From Candidatus Lindowbacteria bacterium RIFCSPLOWO2_12_FULL_62_27 (lineage in GTDB: Bacteria > Lindowbacteria > 2-12-FULL-62-27), in assembly GCA_001784175.1 (NCBI GenBank), contig MFPR01000040.1, positions 44,955 to 108,954 of the forward strand: a stretch of 64,000 bases of DNA. The letters run 5' to 3'. The position numbers and the translations under genes are program-made. Positions 62,801 through 64,000 of this stretch are shown piece after piece. The stretch's first letter is position 1, and the number at the start of each line of letters is the position of its first letter. The notes beneath the pieces are model-generated. The model was not told where the DNA came from, made no database searches, and was given only the letters and a program-made list of their open reading frames with translations.

Positions 62801-64000
62801 TACGACGCGTCGAATTTGGCGGACTTGGACAACATCAACGTGTATTTTCACAACAGTTATGGCGGAAATCAAAACAGCCAGATCTGGATCGACGACGTGC
62901 GGTTCGTGCAGGAGGAGGACCTTCCGCCGCCGGCGCCGACGGGCGCGGCGTCGGCCGCGTCGGGCGGGGACAATCTGATCACGTGGACGGCGATCCCCTC
63001 GCAGTATCAGGCGAATCTGGCCGGCTACAACGTGTACCGGAAGAAATGGACCACGACCGACACGGCGACGAAACTCACGGCCGTGCCGTTTGCCGGCACG
63101 ACGTACAGCGACGCGTCGCTGCCTGCGGCCGACAGCACCGTGTGGGAGTATTACGTGACGGCGGTCAGTTCGAAGGGCCCGGAATCGGCGAAGAGCGGCA
63201 CCGTGACGGCCATCCAGGGCAACGTGGATTTGAATTACAGCGACAGCCGGACGACGAACGCCTTCGGGCAGAACGACCTTGGCGCCTGGGGCGGCGCGAT
63301 CAACACGTGGATCGACACGACGCAGAAAGACGGGTCGACCGGCAAATCGCGATACGTCAGCGCCGCGAACGGCGCCGGCGTATTTTCGTCCCTGCTGGAC
63401 GTGGGCGTGACGGCGGACGGCGTGGTGGCACTGACGTTCGACGCGAAGGGAGCATCGGGCGGCGAGACGTTTCTAGTGGGGTTCAAGGACGGCGACGGCG
63501 TGTCCCCGCTGGAGGTGCAGGTGTCCATCGCCACATACGGCGGCGCGCTGACGACGTCGTGGAAGAGATACTCGATCCCGCTGGACGATTTCACCGGGAT
63601 CAATTTTACGAAGCTCGACAACATTTCGTTCAGCCTCGCCGTCCCGTCGGCGAATTTTATGATCGACAACGCCGCGTTCAGCCCGTCGGACACGTCGACG
63701 GTGGTGATGGACCATTTCGACGACGGCATCACCGATTTCAATCCGGCGATCTCCGGCGGCGGCGAGTTCAGCTGGGGCGGCGCGGGCCGGAGCAAATCGC
63801 AGGGCGGCGCCCAGTTCTGGCGCTCGCCGCCGTACGGGCTGAATGTGAGCATCGTGTCCGGCGCGGGGCAGGGATTCGGCCAGTCGGTTCCGAGCTACAA
63901 CGTATCGACGACCAAGTACCTCAGCCTCTGGGTCCGGGGGAGCGACCACTTTCAGAACGAGGACGTGCTGATCGGACTCAAGAGCTACACGGGCCCGACG
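59819..64000 (+). CDS. large secreted glycoside hydrolase (5' part; runs off the window): malectin-like CBM, GH144-like (alpha/alpha)6 catalytic domain, discoidin-like domain, FN3 and several CBM-like modules
   Basis: Hand translation from ATG 59819 is open to the window end (1394 codons). Signal segment MTVGVCPFVLMLLWAVDGWA. Malectin-like ..VYRVNVGSTSNYTDTGGNIWYADRAYD... Catalytic motifs MTNEQFLDSYERKIFNWFYTE and IENYRTGLIWNYMMQ. ..GYSIWEVEIY.. FN3 (NLAGYNVYRKK..EYYVTAV). CBM-like modules (VVMDHFDDGITDF..). Confidence 0.75.
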   Translation, partial: MPNAGLNGRTRTDLRILATMTVGVCPFVLMLLWAVDGWATPFQYMGFNNGTVYRVNVGSTSNYTDTGGNIWYADRAYDTNSTDGFGYSAGKGGTADTVSADITSTTLDPLYASHRWGAEIEYRFDVPSAGWDTGGIYEVMIRIIEPFYQAGGQRVFNIYFNDLSISARGYLMFQSVDPYSWSGARYKAMDITVPYFPCNEGTLRITFVPNGGDNTALVSAIQVRKVPYIVDNLNMTNEQFLDSYERKIFNWFYTEVIDNQYYLPPSEGGYDVPWNEAFTSIASISPAIAAYVIGHYRQYPKPGTTQAFSYNDAYTRVLGILKGVGQFVKGPNDQDTPECTGGPRACDTVYSTTSIYSDPSLYKNHYTQTYHHHYHREPWWKFGHPFPGFDKWRSIDDNGDLMIGMMLAAEYFKNTEIELRARQLLESINWGNYWFDPCYCERMMAFLESAGQPRDDRRTANDINAWNNAYWQGNYGAAIYWHQWQNLWYDGRNTQTTQGTQVGRNDFNADQQLTLELRKRQQDMWKYLPDWYNTYDWDAWGITAASQTNSCYGVNGWILPTNNSTDAAAMNGQAGFCGTNESRSYGGNLNPFATVASLPFAPTEVLNAMRHMFWRFGPTSEGGLGYPQYMGGPITSTYGFAQTYNIGDQPDGSLWYRATGNAGFDNGPQIMAIENYRTGLIWNYMMQSDYMKRAMWRFKMQGFSDSPALPMNTVTGIPGAVHASNSTASPTDWDGYGPPQSSGKAMYAFDLDKMKRWHAMKADADTGNVTLSVTFPNGSEQTVGSVILWWHDEYATAYDIRVKSTSDTWHTYYTTTSGDGTVDRLTFSPPIANARAVEIVMKTRVNATLGYSIWEVEIYPDVLVATGALVDDFEVTSGKNRLGGSMDHWPSGTTYANHAYASDNYYAGSKGMWIWYDVRAGNPSGEAGYWTQVANYDARNYKYLSLWAKGSTGTENFRVRLKTELTPGNFVEDAGDTTFTASTTWTQVIIPLVVYDASNLADLDNINVYFHNSYGGNQNSQIWIDDVRFVQEEDLPPPAPTGAASAASGGDNLITWTAIPSQYQANLAGYNVYRKKWTTTDTATKLTAVPFAGTTYSDASLPAADSTVWEYYVTAVSSKGPESAKSGTVTAIQGNVDLNYSDSRTTNAFGQNDLGAWGGAINTWIDTTQKDGSTGKSRYVSAANGAGVFSSLLDVGVTADGVVALTFDAKGASGGETFLVGFKDGDGVSPLEVQVSIATYGGALTTSWKRYSIPLDDFTGINFTKLDNISFSLAVPSANFMIDNAAFSPSDTSTVVMDHFDDGITDFNPAISGGGEFSWGGAGRSKSQGGAQFWRSPPYGLNVSIVSGAGQGFGQSVPSYNVSTTKYLSLWVRGSDHFQNEDVLIGLKSYTGPT

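Noticed and set aside
1-64000. Search for tRNA, rRNA, transposase, integrase, recombinase or phage structural genes around the low-GC islands
   Set aside because: No T-loop/GTTCGA-type tRNA signatures, no DDE or tyrosine recombinase motifs, and no direct repeats flanking the islands were seen. Island mobility therefore remains unproven.

Overview
High-GC (about 65%) bacterial segment with almost no non-coding DNA. It is one long same-strand glycan-degradation locus, and many genes are coupled by 4-nt ATGA/GTGA start-stop overlaps. From the sequence, the recognisable genes are:
- a large GH94 glycoside phosphorylase;
- five paralogous genes sharing an (alpha/alpha)6 'glycoamylase-like' (GH144-like, PF10091-like) catalytic domain, fused in different combinations to F5/8 type C discoidin, malectin-like, jelly-roll and CBM-like modules;
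- GH2, GH3 (with a PA14 insert) and GH5 enzymes, plus three other six-hairpin glycosidase-like proteins;
- a LacI-family repressor;
- a sigma-54 enhancer-binding protein carrying an N-terminal T2SSE_N/MshEN domain;
- a T9SS C-terminal-domain cargo protein followed by two PorV/PorQ-like outer-membrane proteins;
- two TlpA-like thioredoxin fusion proteins flanking a giant Ig-repeat surface protein;
- a VapC/antitoxin pair.
The T9SS domain suggests an FCB-superphylum-like organism, but this is uncertain.

The less ordinary observations:
1. A dispersed roughly 35-nt element built from 4-5 heptanucleotide units (GATTTTG / CAAAATC) occurs 8 times. Every copy lies inside a reading frame, either as a PKSKIQN linker or as an N-terminal RFWILDFGFWI extension just after the start codon.
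2. Two families of short palindromic or low-complexity DNA elements are inserted in frame inside enzyme genes, reminiscent of Rickettsia RPEs.
3. A cre-like 12-14 bp palindrome (GTAAGCGCTTAC and variants) lies upstream of at least six genes, which suggests a LacI-type regulon.
4. An AT-rich 600-bp intergenic hub combines a 150-bp compound inverted repeat, an NtrC-like dyad, a candidate sigma-54 -24/-12 promoter and a cre-like operator, next to the sigma-54 activator gene.
5. Two low-GC islands. One holds a tail-fibre-like H-type lectin gene flanked by duplicated small jelly-roll proteins. The other is a GC shift inside a gene, giving a C-terminal LAS-peptidase-like domain plus a coupled periplasmic partner (a toxin/immunity-like cassette).

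I did not find rRNA, tRNA, CRISPR, transposase or integrase genes.
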